From Bdellovibrionota bacterium FG-1 (GTDB lineage: Bacteria > Bdellovibrionota > UBA1018): DNA of 64,000 nucleotides. The stretch lies in contig JBBCAW010000052.1 of NCBI GenBank assembly GCA_051382295.1, positions 21,940-85,939 on the forward strand. Direction: 5' to 3'. A program made the translations under genes and the position numbers. The notes under the pieces were generated by a model. That model was not told where the DNA came from and did no database searches. It worked only from the letters and a program-made list of their open reading frames with translations. Shown piece after piece: positions 46,595-56,055 of the stretch (position 1 is its first letter; each line of letters starts with the position of its first letter).

Positions 46595-48703
46595 ATGAGT
46601 GACACGGAACAAAACAAAGACACGCAATCACCAGTAGATGAGGTTCCGGTCGATAACCTCGATCGAAAACTCCTCGAAATATTTTCGGGCCGAATTGTGC
46701 GGAAAGATTTAGTCAAGAAGATCAAGGTTGGCTTTAATATCCCTGTTTACGTCCTGGAATACCTCCTCGGGAAGTTCTGTTCGACCACCAACCGTGATGA
46801 GATCGAAGCGGGACTCATTCAGGTCAAGGATACAATAACCGAACGCATCGTCCGTGCAGAACAGGGCGAACTTATCAAAGCTAGACTCCAGAAACAGGGC
46901 TCGATGAAACTCATCGACCTCTGCACGGTGAGTTTCGACGAAAAAGACCAAGGTGGAAAATACTGGGCACGCCTCGCTTCAAGCGGACTTGACTTCGTTC
47001 ATGTCGAGCCGGAGCTGGTACACAAGCATGAACGCCTCTTTACTGGCGGGATCTGGGCCAACCTCGAACTCTCCTATGACGAAACAATCGTTCATCGCGG
47101 CGTAACACGCCCATTTGTTCTACAACGTCTGGCCCCTATCCAGGTTGCCAGCGCAAGTTTCGACGAGTTCGTGGAAGGACGAAAGCGGTTCACGCGCGAC
47201 GAGTGGACCGATGTTCTCCTCCGCACGATGGGTTACGAGCCGACACACGCAGACTTCTCGCTCCGGCGCAAATGGCTTTACCTTCTACGATTAGTTCCAA
47301 TGGTCGAGAAGAATTACAATATGGTCGAGTTGGGTCCGCGTGGAACCGGCAAGTCGTACATCTTTAGGGAGTTGTCGCCATATGTGATGCTACTTTCAGG
47401 TGGCCAAGTCACAGTCCCTAAGCTGTTCGCCTCAAACGCACCGCCCTACGAGCCAGGACTCGTCACTCGATGGGACGTGGTTGCATTTGACGAAGTTGCC
47501 GGTTCGCATTTCAAGAAGCCTGAGGATAAGCAGCTCTACAAAGATTATATGGAACTGGGCTCCTTTTCGCGAGGCAGCGCCAAAGGCACCATTCAAGGCG
47601 AGGCCGGGTTCGTCTTCAACGGAAACCTCGACGGAGACGTCGAGACCATCGCGCGCACGTCGCACTTGATGCTACCGTTTCCCGACACCATCCGAAACGA
47701 TATGGCGTTCCATGATCGGTGGCATGCCTACCTTCCGGGGTGGGAGATGCCAAAGATGCAGCCTTCTTATTTCACATCCCACATGGGTTTTATTGCAGAC
47801 TACATTGCCGAGATCTTCCACAACGAGCTGCGCCCACGGAGCTATGCGGATGTCTACGACCGCTACTTTCATCTCGGCAGTCACGTCGAAGAGCGCGATC
47901 GGAAGGCGATCGCGCGCACAACATCCGGGCTAATCAAACTTCTCCACCCAGGTGGAGATTGCAATAAGTCAGAAGTAGAAGAATATCTTACGTTCGCGAT
48001 CGAGCTCCGGCGACGAATCAAGGAGCAACTTCGACGTATGGGCGGTGTTGAGTACGCACGCGTAAACCTCTCGTATATCGACAAGGATACGCGACAGGAA
48101 ACATTTGTAAGTTGCAAGGAATTGGGATCAACCCAGATCATTCCTGATAGTCCGCTCCCACCGGGTGACGTTTTTACCGTCGGCCACGACCCGGAGGAAG
48201 GACGATTTTCGCTATACCGCATTCAGTGCTCAGTAGCTCCAGGCTCCGGACGTTTCGCCATACTGGGAGTGACGTCCAAGGGTATTCGTGAATCCGGTCG
48301 CATGGCTTACGACTACTTACGCGCAACCGGCAAGAAAATCGGGATTGATCGCGACCTCGGCGAATACGACGTCAATATTCAAGTAATGAGTCTCACCCAA
48401 GGTAAAGACGCAACCGATCTCGGCATGGCCTTCTACATAGCCCTGCTTTCGGCGACCCTGGGTCGGCAGATTGGGAACCAGCTCGTCGTTCTCGGGCAAA
48501 TGAGTCTTCACGGCGTTCTAAGTCGCGTCGATGGCCTCGGAGACAAGCTCCGAGTGGCGATGGACGCCGGTGCACGTCGGGTTCTCATTCCTACGGAGAA
48601 TAGTCGAGACTTCGCAGCACTCCCGGCCGAGGTTCTCGATAAACTTCGGATCGAGTTTTATAGCGAACCGTCTCAAGCGGCATTTAAGGCTCTCGCAGAA
48701 TAG
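46595..48703 (+). CDS. brxL: BREX BrxL (AAA+ with a Lon-like C-terminal domain)
   Basis: VRKDL, NIPVYVLEYLLG, ELGPRGTGKS, WDVVAFDEVA, DRWHAYLPGWE and A.ELRRRIKEQL motifs. Confidence 0.93.
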   Translation: MSDTEQNKDTQSPVDEVPVDNLDRKLLEIFSGRIVRKDLVKKIKVGFNIPVYVLEYLLGKFCSTTNRDEIEAGLIQVKDTITERIVRAEQGELIKARLQKQGSMKLIDLCTVSFDEKDQGGKYWARLASSGLDFVHVEPELVHKHERLFTGGIWANLELSYDETIVHRGVTRPFVLQRLAPIQVASASFDEFVEGRKRFTRDEWTDVLLRTMGYEPTHADFSLRRKWLYLLRLVPMVEKNYNMVELGPRGTGKSYIFRELSPYVMLLSGGQVTVPKLFASNAPPYEPGLVTRWDVVAFDEVAGSHFKKPEDKQLYKDYMELGSFSRGSAKGTIQGEAGFVFNGNLDGDVETIARTSHLMLPFPDTIRNDMAFHDRWHAYLPGWEMPKMQPSYFTSHMGFIADYIAEIFHNELRPRSYADVYDRYFHLGSHVEERDRKAIARTTSGLIKLLHPGGDCNKSEVEEYLTFAIELRRRIKEQLRRMGGVEYARVNLSYIDKDTRQETFVSCKELGSTQIIPDSPLPPGDVFTVGHDPEEGRFSLYRIQCSVAPGSGRFAILGVTSKGIRESGRMAYDYLRATGKKIGIDRDLGEYDVNIQVMSLTQGKDATDLGMAFYIALLSATLGRQIGNQLVVLGQMSLHGVLSRVDGLGDKLRVAMDAGARRVLIPTENSRDFAALPAEVLDKLRIEFYSEPSQAAFKALAE

Positions 48704-48834
48704 AAAGGGAGCCTGGATGGTCCGAATAAACTGGGTCGCAAGGAATCACAGAGGCATCCCGTTAGGCCGAGGGACAGAGGTTAAGATAAACACGGGCGTG
48801 GTGACAGCGAATAGTTTTGAAGGCGAGGAACAAA

Positions 48835-50088
48835 ATGGCTGAAAACACAATTGAATGCCCTAAATGTCACCACACCTTTTCTGTCGCAGATGCTTTAAGT
48901 GCCGACATTGAAGAGAAACTAAGTCGCAAATTTCAAAAAGCAGCCGAAAAAAAGGACGCCGAACTCGAAAAACTCCAAGAGGGCTTGCAGAAAGAGAAGC
49001 AGGCCATTGCCAAGAAACAGGCTGATTTAGATAAATTGGTCGAGGATAAGCTGAATATCCAAAAAATAGCGCTGGAAAAGAAAATAAAAGACGAAATTCA
49101 AAGTAAAAATAAAGTCGAACTTGAGGACCTAAAGGCGCAGAACTTAGAAAAATCCAAACGAATTGAAGAATCTCAGAAATTCGAGTTGGAACTTCGTAAA
49201 AAATCTCGTGCGCTCGAAGAAAAAGAAAAAGGAATAGAGCTAGAGCTTCAAAGAAAGTTTGATTCTGAAAAACTTAAGATTGAGGAAGATGTCTCAAAAA
49301 AACTAGCCGAAGACCAGCGTCTCAAAACCGCAGAGAAAGACAAACAACTAGATGACATGAGACGACAGATTGAGGATCTGAAACGAAAGGCTGAACAAGG
49401 GTCGCAGCAATCGCAAGGAGAGATTCTTGAAATAGAAATTGAGTCAGCCCTGAAAACTCTTTTTCCAATCGACCAAATCGACCCAGTCCCCAAAGGAATG
49501 AGGGGCGGGGACATCATCCAGAAGGTCATCACCTCTTCTGGTCAACATGCTGGGACTGTCATTTGGGAGACGAAACGAACTAAGTCGTGGATTGATGGCT
49601 GGATCGACAAGCTAAAAGATGACCAGCGAGCAATATCGGCTGAATTCGCAGTGATCGTCACGCAGGCATTGCCGAAGGATGTGCCCCATCTCGCACTCTT
49701 GGACGGCGTATGGGTCGTCGATTTTCTGACGTTCCAGGGCATTGCTGTTGCACTTCGCTCTAACCTCCTCCAGCTATTTCAGGCCCGTGCTGTTGCTATT
49801 GGAAAAGGCGAAAAGATGGATTTTGTTTACAACTATCTCACGGGGACACAATTCAAACAGCGGATCGAAACAATCGTAGAAGCGTTTCGGACGATGCAAG
49901 AGGATTTGGATAAGGAAAAACGCACCATTCAGAAAACATGGTCCGCCCGCGAGCAACAGCTTGCCCGCGTCGTAACCTCGACAGTCGGTATGTACGGTGA
50001 CATCCAAGGAATCGTAGGTGCTAGTTTGCCAAAGATTGCTTCGCTTGAGCTTGAAGCGCCGGATGGTGGCGAAGAAAATGACTCATGA
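48835..50088 (+). CDS. DUF2130 domain protein (zinc knuckle, coiled coil and RmuC-like PD-(D/E)xK domain)
   Basis: IECPKC, long coiled coil, GSQQSQGEILE, FPIDQI.PVPKG..GGD and WETKRTKSW..GWIDKLKDD motifs. Confidence 0.85.
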   Translation: MAENTIECPKCHHTFSVADALSADIEEKLSRKFQKAAEKKDAELEKLQEGLQKEKQAIAKKQADLDKLVEDKLNIQKIALEKKIKDEIQSKNKVELEDLKAQNLEKSKRIEESQKFELELRKKSRALEEKEKGIELELQRKFDSEKLKIEEDVSKKLAEDQRLKTAEKDKQLDDMRRQIEDLKRKAEQGSQQSQGEILEIEIESALKTLFPIDQIDPVPKGMRGGDIIQKVITSSGQHAGTVIWETKRTKSWIDGWIDKLKDDQRAISAEFAVIVTQALPKDVPHLALLDGVWVVDFLTFQGIAVALRSNLLQLFQARAVAIGKGEKMDFVYNYLTGTQFKQRIETIVEAFRTMQEDLDKEKRTIQKTWSAREQQLARVVTSTVGMYGDIQGIVGASLPKIASLELEAPDGGEENDS

Positions 50089-52423
50089 CGACAAAGAACC
50101 AAGAAACGAAGAGAGAGTTATTGGAGTGAAAGTGCTGGAAGAAATTAATGGAATCGACAAATTCGGCGTATTTTCAGACTATATTCCCAGCGGCGGAAAG
50201 CTGTCGTTTCTTAAGTTCAATCTCTTATATGGCTGGAATGGGAGCGGGAAAACCACTCTCTCTCGCGCCTTTGACTCATTCTCTGGTAAAGTACCAGACG
50301 CCTTTCCTGAGGGAACCTTCAAAGCAACGATTGATAAAAGGCAGTTTTGCAGGGAAACCATTAATCAGTCTGACTTGAAGATCGCAGTTTTCAATCAAGA
50401 CTTTGTAAAAAGGAATCTGGATTTCGACACGCAGAAAGCCAAAAGCATTCTCTATATTTCAGAGGAGAAAATCGAAGACAAAAATAAACTCCAACAGAAG
50501 CAAGACGCGCTTAAAATTACTCAGTCCGCGTTAAACCAGAAGACACAGCAAGTGAACAAACTAAAGGATGACATTTCATCTGAGCTAACCAAAGCTGCAA
50601 AAAATATCAAAAACTCCTTTGGCCTAATTCAAACCAATAATACAAAATTTCTAAACTATAACAAAACTAAACTAGAAACGTTCATCGCCGCTAGCTCTCC
50701 TCTAATTAAAACTGAAAATATCTTGCTGCCCGAGATCTTAGAAAAGAAACGACTTTCAGCTCAGGCCACCCAGAAAGCCAACGTAACCAAACTTGTATTC
50801 GATCCGCTCAAAAGTGATCTGGCGGCACATTTAGCGACATTCAAAGCAGCCATCGAGAAACGAATAGTCGCTAACCAGATTCAAAAACTAATTGAAGACG
50901 ATGCATTAAATAAGTGGGTTGCGACCGGCCTTTCTCTCCACAAAGACAAAAGTGACAAGGTTTGCGAGTTTTGCGGCGGCGAGATTCGTTCCGAGAGGAT
51001 CAAGGAACTAGAGTCTCACTTTAGTGACGAGTACCAGACCTCACTCAATGAGCTTACCGTTGGGCTTGTCACAGTGGCGGAGCTAATTGCAAAGTTTACT
51101 ATTAGTGGCGCGGATAGTGGTGATTTCTACGTAGAGCTTCAAGAAGACGTAAAAACAAATAAGTCTCAAATCGACACCACCATCAAGCGACTCAAACAAG
51201 AACTAGTAGTTATTCAGGTAAAGCTTTCAGAAAAGAAAGAGAACCCATTTAAAATTATTTCCTTGCCCGAAAATACGATTATTTCGGATTTCGACTCACT
51301 GGTAAATGCAGTCAACTGCTACAACTCAAACGTCGCAGACCATAATAGTAAAAGTTCCGATTTCACTGCTTCTGTTTCAGCCGCAAATGATGCGTTAGAA
51401 CTCCATTTTATTTGTCAGCAAATGCAAGACGGGTCGCTTGCTGGCAAGAAGGGGGAACTAAAGATAGCGGACATTGAATTGGCGGACCTGACAAAAAGGC
51501 ATGAGACTTCGACTTCAGAAATCAGACTTCTGGAATCGCAGCTTGTAAATGCAGCCATTGCAGCTGATATTTTCAACAAAGAACTTGAGCGCTTCATTGG
51601 CAGGAGCGACATTACCCTGGAGTTCAGGAAGGAACTTGGTGGCTACCAATTTAAGAGGAACGGCAGGAAAGAACCTGCATCAAACTTAAGCGAAGGCGAG
51701 AAAACGGCTATCGCATTTATTTATTTCATCACAAAGCTGAAGGAATCAGGAAGTGATCTGGAGAAAACAGTAGTTGCCTTAGACGATCCTATTTCTAGTT
51801 TCGATTCAAATCATTTACATCATGCCTTTGGATTTATTCGACAGCATTTAGATGGCGCCCAGCAGCTAATAGTCCTGACGCATAATTTTGAATTCTTTAA
51901 ACTAATACGAGATTGGCTAAAGGGTAAAAACCCTACGGATGAGCCAGATAAAAATAAATCACAGTTCTTTTTGATTCAAACAAAACCTGAAGACTCTCGG
52001 AAGAGTGAGGTCGTTCCACTGCCGAAGATATTGCTGAATTATGAATCAGAATATCACTTTATTTTCAGCAAAGTCCTCCGATTTCGCGGGAAGGAGAACC
52101 TTTCGTTTGAGGACTCTCACTTTATTGGTAATGGCTCTAGGAAGATTTTAGAGGCGTTTCTAGCCTTCAAGTATCCCTCCTATAAAGCAGATTTTGCGGG
52201 ACTATTATCTAAAGCGTGTGGAACCGATAAGGTCTTATTTCACAAAGTGTATTCTTTCATCAATAAGTACTCCCACTCGAAGACCTTGGAAGTGTTTTCA
52301 ATGGGGTCAGATAATATTTTTTCTGAGTCCAAGAATATCGCAGAGGAAGTGTTCGGGATTGTGAAAAAATTGGACGCGACTCATTTTGAAGAAATGGAGA
52401 AGCTTTGCAACTCACTTTCTTGA
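50078..52423 (+). CDS. RloC-like AAA_13 ABC ATPase with zinc hook and HEPN-type C-terminus
   Basis: YGWNGSGKTT, VFNQDFV, CEFC hook, LSEGEK, DDPISSFD, LTHNFEFF and RKILEAFL...INKYSH motifs. Confidence 0.75.
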   Translation: MTHDDKEPRNEERVIGVKVLEEINGIDKFGVFSDYIPSGGKLSFLKFNLLYGWNGSGKTTLSRAFDSFSGKVPDAFPEGTFKATIDKRQFCRETINQSDLKIAVFNQDFVKRNLDFDTQKAKSILYISEEKIEDKNKLQQKQDALKITQSALNQKTQQVNKLKDDISSELTKAAKNIKNSFGLIQTNNTKFLNYNKTKLETFIAASSPLIKTENILLPEILEKKRLSAQATQKANVTKLVFDPLKSDLAAHLATFKAAIEKRIVANQIQKLIEDDALNKWVATGLSLHKDKSDKVCEFCGGEIRSERIKELESHFSDEYQTSLNELTVGLVTVAELIAKFTISGADSGDFYVELQEDVKTNKSQIDTTIKRLKQELVVIQVKLSEKKENPFKIISLPENTIISDFDSLVNAVNCYNSNVADHNSKSSDFTASVSAANDALELHFICQQMQDGSLAGKKGELKIADIELADLTKRHETSTSEIRLLESQLVNAAIAADIFNKELERFIGRSDITLEFRKELGGYQFKRNGRKEPASNLSEGEKTAIAFIYFITKLKESGSDLEKTVVALDDPISSFDSNHLHHAFGFIRQHLDGAQQLIVLTHNFEFFKLIRDWLKGKNPTDEPDKNKSQFFLIQTKPEDSRKSEVVPLPKILLNYESEYHFIFSKVLRFRGKENLSFEDSHFIGNGSRKILEAFLAFKYPSYKADFAGLLSKACGTDKVLFHKVYSFINKYSHSKTLEVFSMGSDNIFSESKNIAEEVFGIVKKLDATHFEEMEKLCNSLS

Positions 52424-52523
52424 TGAATCCCGTTATGACTATTCTGAGCCCTGCCCCGGCGACCACTCCACCAGTGCCTACGCCAATGTCTTTAGAAATA
52501 ATGACAGGGAACCGAGCTGTCAG

Positions 52524-55500
52524 ATGAAACGCCTCAAAGATGGCATCTTTCGCTTCTCCCCCTCAGACCTCACGACCTATCTTGAGAGCCCGTTCTCGGC
52601 ATGGATGGACCGCTGCGCGATAGAATTCCCAGAACAGTTCAAGAGCGATCCAGATGACGATTCAGCAGAACTCATCAAAAGGAAGGGCAACGAGCACGAA
52701 GCGCGAGTTCTTGCCTACTTAAAGACCAAGCATGGACACGTAGAGGTGATTCCATCTGAAGGCGATTTTGAATCCCGCCACAATGCCACACTCGCCGCGA
52801 TGAGTACTGGCCATGGGGTTATCTACCAAGGGGCTCTGAAATGTGAACCTTTTATCGGGTACGCGGACTTTCTGGTGAAGGTTGCAGGTCAGTCGAAGCT
52901 CGGCACCTATCACTATGAGGCATGGGACTCGAAGCTCGCGCGGAAGACCAAACCGTACTTTGTGATTCAGTTGCTTGCCTATTCTGAGATGCTCGATGAG
53001 ATCCAAGATGTGTTCCCCGCAACCATCACCGTCGTGCTTGGAACAAATGAGCACAAGGTGCTCAAGACTTCTGATTTTAGAAACTACTACCAAAGCGTGA
53101 AACGCCGATATCTGGAGTTCAATCGTACTTTCAATCCAAAACAGCAACCGATCCCAGAAAAGAGCGAGGAGATCAGGTCTTGGACCGCCGAGGCCAAGGC
53201 GCTAATCACAAGGACCGATCATCTTTCGCAAGTTGCAGGCATTCGCGGGGCGCAGATCAGGAAATTGGAAGCGGCGGGCATTACAACCCTGGCAACACTT
53301 GCTTCGACCTTACTTGAGAAGATCCCCGACATGGAAAAGGGAACGCTCCAAAAACTCAAGCGGCAGGCAAGGCTTCAAGTCGCATCCAAGGGGTTGCCAG
53401 TACCAAAATATGAAATTTTGGAACACGAGGAAGACGCGCGCGTAGGACTGCGCCTCCTACCGCGGCCGTCGATCAAAGACGTTTATTTTGACATGGAAGG
53501 GTACCCACTCTTTGAGGACAAGGGTTTAGAATATCTTTTTGGCGCGATCTACGAAGAAGCGGCATCGGATGGCAAGGAAGTAAGCCAGACGTTTATTGAC
53601 TTCTGGGCACATGATCGAGCACAAGAGAAGCGTGCGTTTGAGGCATGGATCGACTGGGTTTACGCACGCTTTAAGTCTGATCCGAAGATGCACATCTACC
53701 ACTACGCGTCCTATGAAGTCACCGCGATGCGAAAGCTTTCAACCATGCACGCAACCCGCGAGGCGGAGGTGGACGAGTTTCTAAAGAAAGATGTCTTCGT
53801 CGATCTTTACCGGATCGTGACGCAAGGATTGGTGGTTGGCGAAGACTCTTACTCGATCAAGAAGATCGAACATCTTTTTGGGCAAAAGCGCGAAGGCGAT
53901 GTCACCAACGCGGGCGATTCGATTGTGGAGTACGCAAACTATCTCGCTATGCCGGATGGCGCGGACTATAAAATGTCTCCGACACTCAAAAATATCCGCG
54001 ACTATAACGAGGTGGACTGCGTATCGACGTTGAAACTCTGCAACTGGTTGAGAGCGGTACAAAAAGAATCAAAACTCGACTATCTGATGAAGACACCACA
54101 GGTGGAAGAGGAGATAGAGCGCGAGGTATCTCCCGCCACCCAGCTCGCTCAGAGTCTGTTGTCTGAACTGAACGGAAAATCGGAACTTACAGCCGATGAA
54201 ACAGTCCAAAAACTCCTCGCTGAACTTCTGGAGTTTCATCGGCGCGAAGCGAAGCAATATTGGTGGAAATACTTCGACTGGATCAACTCGACACACGACG
54301 AGCTGGTGGATCAGAGCGAGTGCATCGGTAATGTAAGACGCACGGAAAAAGCACTATTGCCCGACAAGCAGTCACTGATCGCCGAGTATCGCTTTGATCC
54401 TGGTCAAGACATCAAATTCGTTCCTGGGAGCGACTGCCAGGTCTATATGGATCACGATAACGTCCTGGGGGCTGAGATACGCGATCTCGACACCGGTACC
54501 GGCCTTTTCACAGTGCGTGTGAGCAAGAAGAAATTGGAAAAGGTCGGTGGCTTTCCCGCCATTGCCTCCATTTTACCCGGTGGCCCCATAAGCACTAAGG
54601 TCATGACAGAATCGCTTTTTGCCATCGTATCCAGATTCAAAGAAACAAAGCTGAGGCATTCCCTTCCCAAGGCCATTGCGGAGCTGTTGTACCGCACTCT
54701 GCCCCAAGTTGACGGACACAAGACTGGCGCTCCGTTGATTGCAGAGGGTGATCTGCCCCTCGAATGCACAATCGATCTGATCAAGCGCATGAACGAAACG
54801 ACGATTTGCATCCAAGGTCCACCTGGAGCTGGAAAAACGTATACAGGATCGCATGTGATTCACGCGCTTCTAAAAGCTGGCCAAAGGGTCGGCGTCACGT
54901 CGAATTCTCACAAGGCAATTGAGAATCTTATGGCAGCAGTTTTGGATGTCGCAAAGAAAACTGGTTTTGAAATTACCGGATTTAAAAGTGGCGGTGAGCC
55001 GGGAATCCTGGAGAAGACCGGCCTCAAGAAGTTTGAAACCAAAGATATCGCAGGTCTGGCACCAGCCGCCAATGGGCATATTTTAATTGGCGGCACTGCC
55101 TGGACATTCTCGCGGGAAGAAGCCTGTTCAGAAGGAAAGGAAGTGTTGGACTATCTCTTTGTGGATGAGGCGGGGCAAGTCTCGCTCGCCAATCTCGTTG
55201 CCATGTCACGCTCGACCAAGAACATCGTTCTCATGGGCGATCAGCGACAGCTTGAGCAGCCGATTCAGGGTTCCCACCCCGGCGAGAGCGGTGAATCCTG
55301 CTTGAACTACCTGATCCAGGACCATGCGACCATTCCTGCGGAGCTTGGTATTTTTCTAGGGACCACATTTCGAATGCGACCGGACGTTTGCAAGTTTGTC
55401 TCTGATAATTTTTATGAATCGAGACTCGTGGCCGACGGATCGACGCTTGAAACTGAACTTATACTTCATCCCACATGCAAAGAAGTCGGAAAATCCGAGG

Positions 55501-55961
55501 GTATTTTATTTATTCCTGTTGAGCACGAGGACTGTTCCCAATCGAGCCGGGAAGAGGCGGCTACCATCAACGCGATGATTGGTGAACTCCTCAAGTCGCA
55601 AATCAAGGATGCGAACGGTACAAGGCCGCTTACCCTGAAAGATATTCTGGTAGTGGCTCCCTACAACCTACAAGTCAATCTCCTGAAGCAGACTCTTCCG
55701 AAGGGAATTGAAATCGGATCAGTGGACAAATTTCAGGGCAGAGAGGCGCCAGTCGTGATTTTGTCCATGTGCTCAAGCACGCTCGATGCCACCCCTCGCG
55801 GAGTGGACTTTTTATTCAGTCCCAACCGGCTGAACGTGGCGCTCTCCCGCGCAAAGTGCCTGGCTATTGTCGTTGGCAATCCGGCCTTGGCTGCGACAGA
55901 CGGCACCTCAATCGAGAAGATGAAAATGGTGAATTTATTTTGTGGGGTCGTAAATTGTTAA
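52524..55961 (+). CDS. TM0106-family RecB-like nuclease fused to an RNase H-like domain and an SF1 helicase
   Basis: FSPSDL, GYADFL, DSKLAR, YFDMEG, HIYHYASYE, YNEVDC.ST, QGPPGAGKT, VDEAGQ, GSVDKFQG and NRLNVALSRA motifs. Confidence 0.9.
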   Translation: MKRLKDGIFRFSPSDLTTYLESPFSAWMDRCAIEFPEQFKSDPDDDSAELIKRKGNEHEARVLAYLKTKHGHVEVIPSEGDFESRHNATLAAMSTGHGVIYQGALKCEPFIGYADFLVKVAGQSKLGTYHYEAWDSKLARKTKPYFVIQLLAYSEMLDEIQDVFPATITVVLGTNEHKVLKTSDFRNYYQSVKRRYLEFNRTFNPKQQPIPEKSEEIRSWTAEAKALITRTDHLSQVAGIRGAQIRKLEAAGITTLATLASTLLEKIPDMEKGTLQKLKRQARLQVASKGLPVPKYEILEHEEDARVGLRLLPRPSIKDVYFDMEGYPLFEDKGLEYLFGAIYEEAASDGKEVSQTFIDFWAHDRAQEKRAFEAWIDWVYARFKSDPKMHIYHYASYEVTAMRKLSTMHATREAEVDEFLKKDVFVDLYRIVTQGLVVGEDSYSIKKIEHLFGQKREGDVTNAGDSIVEYANYLAMPDGADYKMSPTLKNIRDYNEVDCVSTLKLCNWLRAVQKESKLDYLMKTPQVEEEIEREVSPATQLAQSLLSELNGKSELTADETVQKLLAELLEFHRREAKQYWWKYFDWINSTHDELVDQSECIGNVRRTEKALLPDKQSLIAEYRFDPGQDIKFVPGSDCQVYMDHDNVLGAEIRDLDTGTGLFTVRVSKKKLEKVGGFPAIASILPGGPISTKVMTESLFAIVSRFKETKLRHSLPKAIAELLYRTLPQVDGHKTGAPLIAEGDLPLECTIDLIKRMNETTICIQGPPGAGKTYTGSHVIHALLKAGQRVGVTSNSHKAIENLMAAVLDVAKKTGFEITGFKSGGEPGILEKTGLKKFETKDIAGLAPAANGHILIGGTAWTFSREEACSEGKEVLDYLFVDEAGQVSLANLVAMSRSTKNIVLMGDQRQLEQPIQGSHPGESGESCLNYLIQDHATIPAELGIFLGTTFRMRPDVCKFVSDNFYESRLVADGSTLETELILHPTCKEVGKSEGILFIPVEHEDCSQSSREEAATINAMIGELLKSQIKDANGTRPLTLKDILVVAPYNLQVNLLKQTLPKGIEIGSVDKFQGREAPVVILSMCSSTLDATPRGVDFLFSPNRLNVALSRAKCLAIVVGNPALAATDGTSIEKMKMVNLFCGVVNC

Positions 55962-56055
55962 AATCAAAGAGAGGGACTCACTTCTGCCGTACAAAATCTG
56001 AAACACCTACACACGCAAATTGCGGAAGGTACTGGAACAATCTCCGGGTGGGAAC

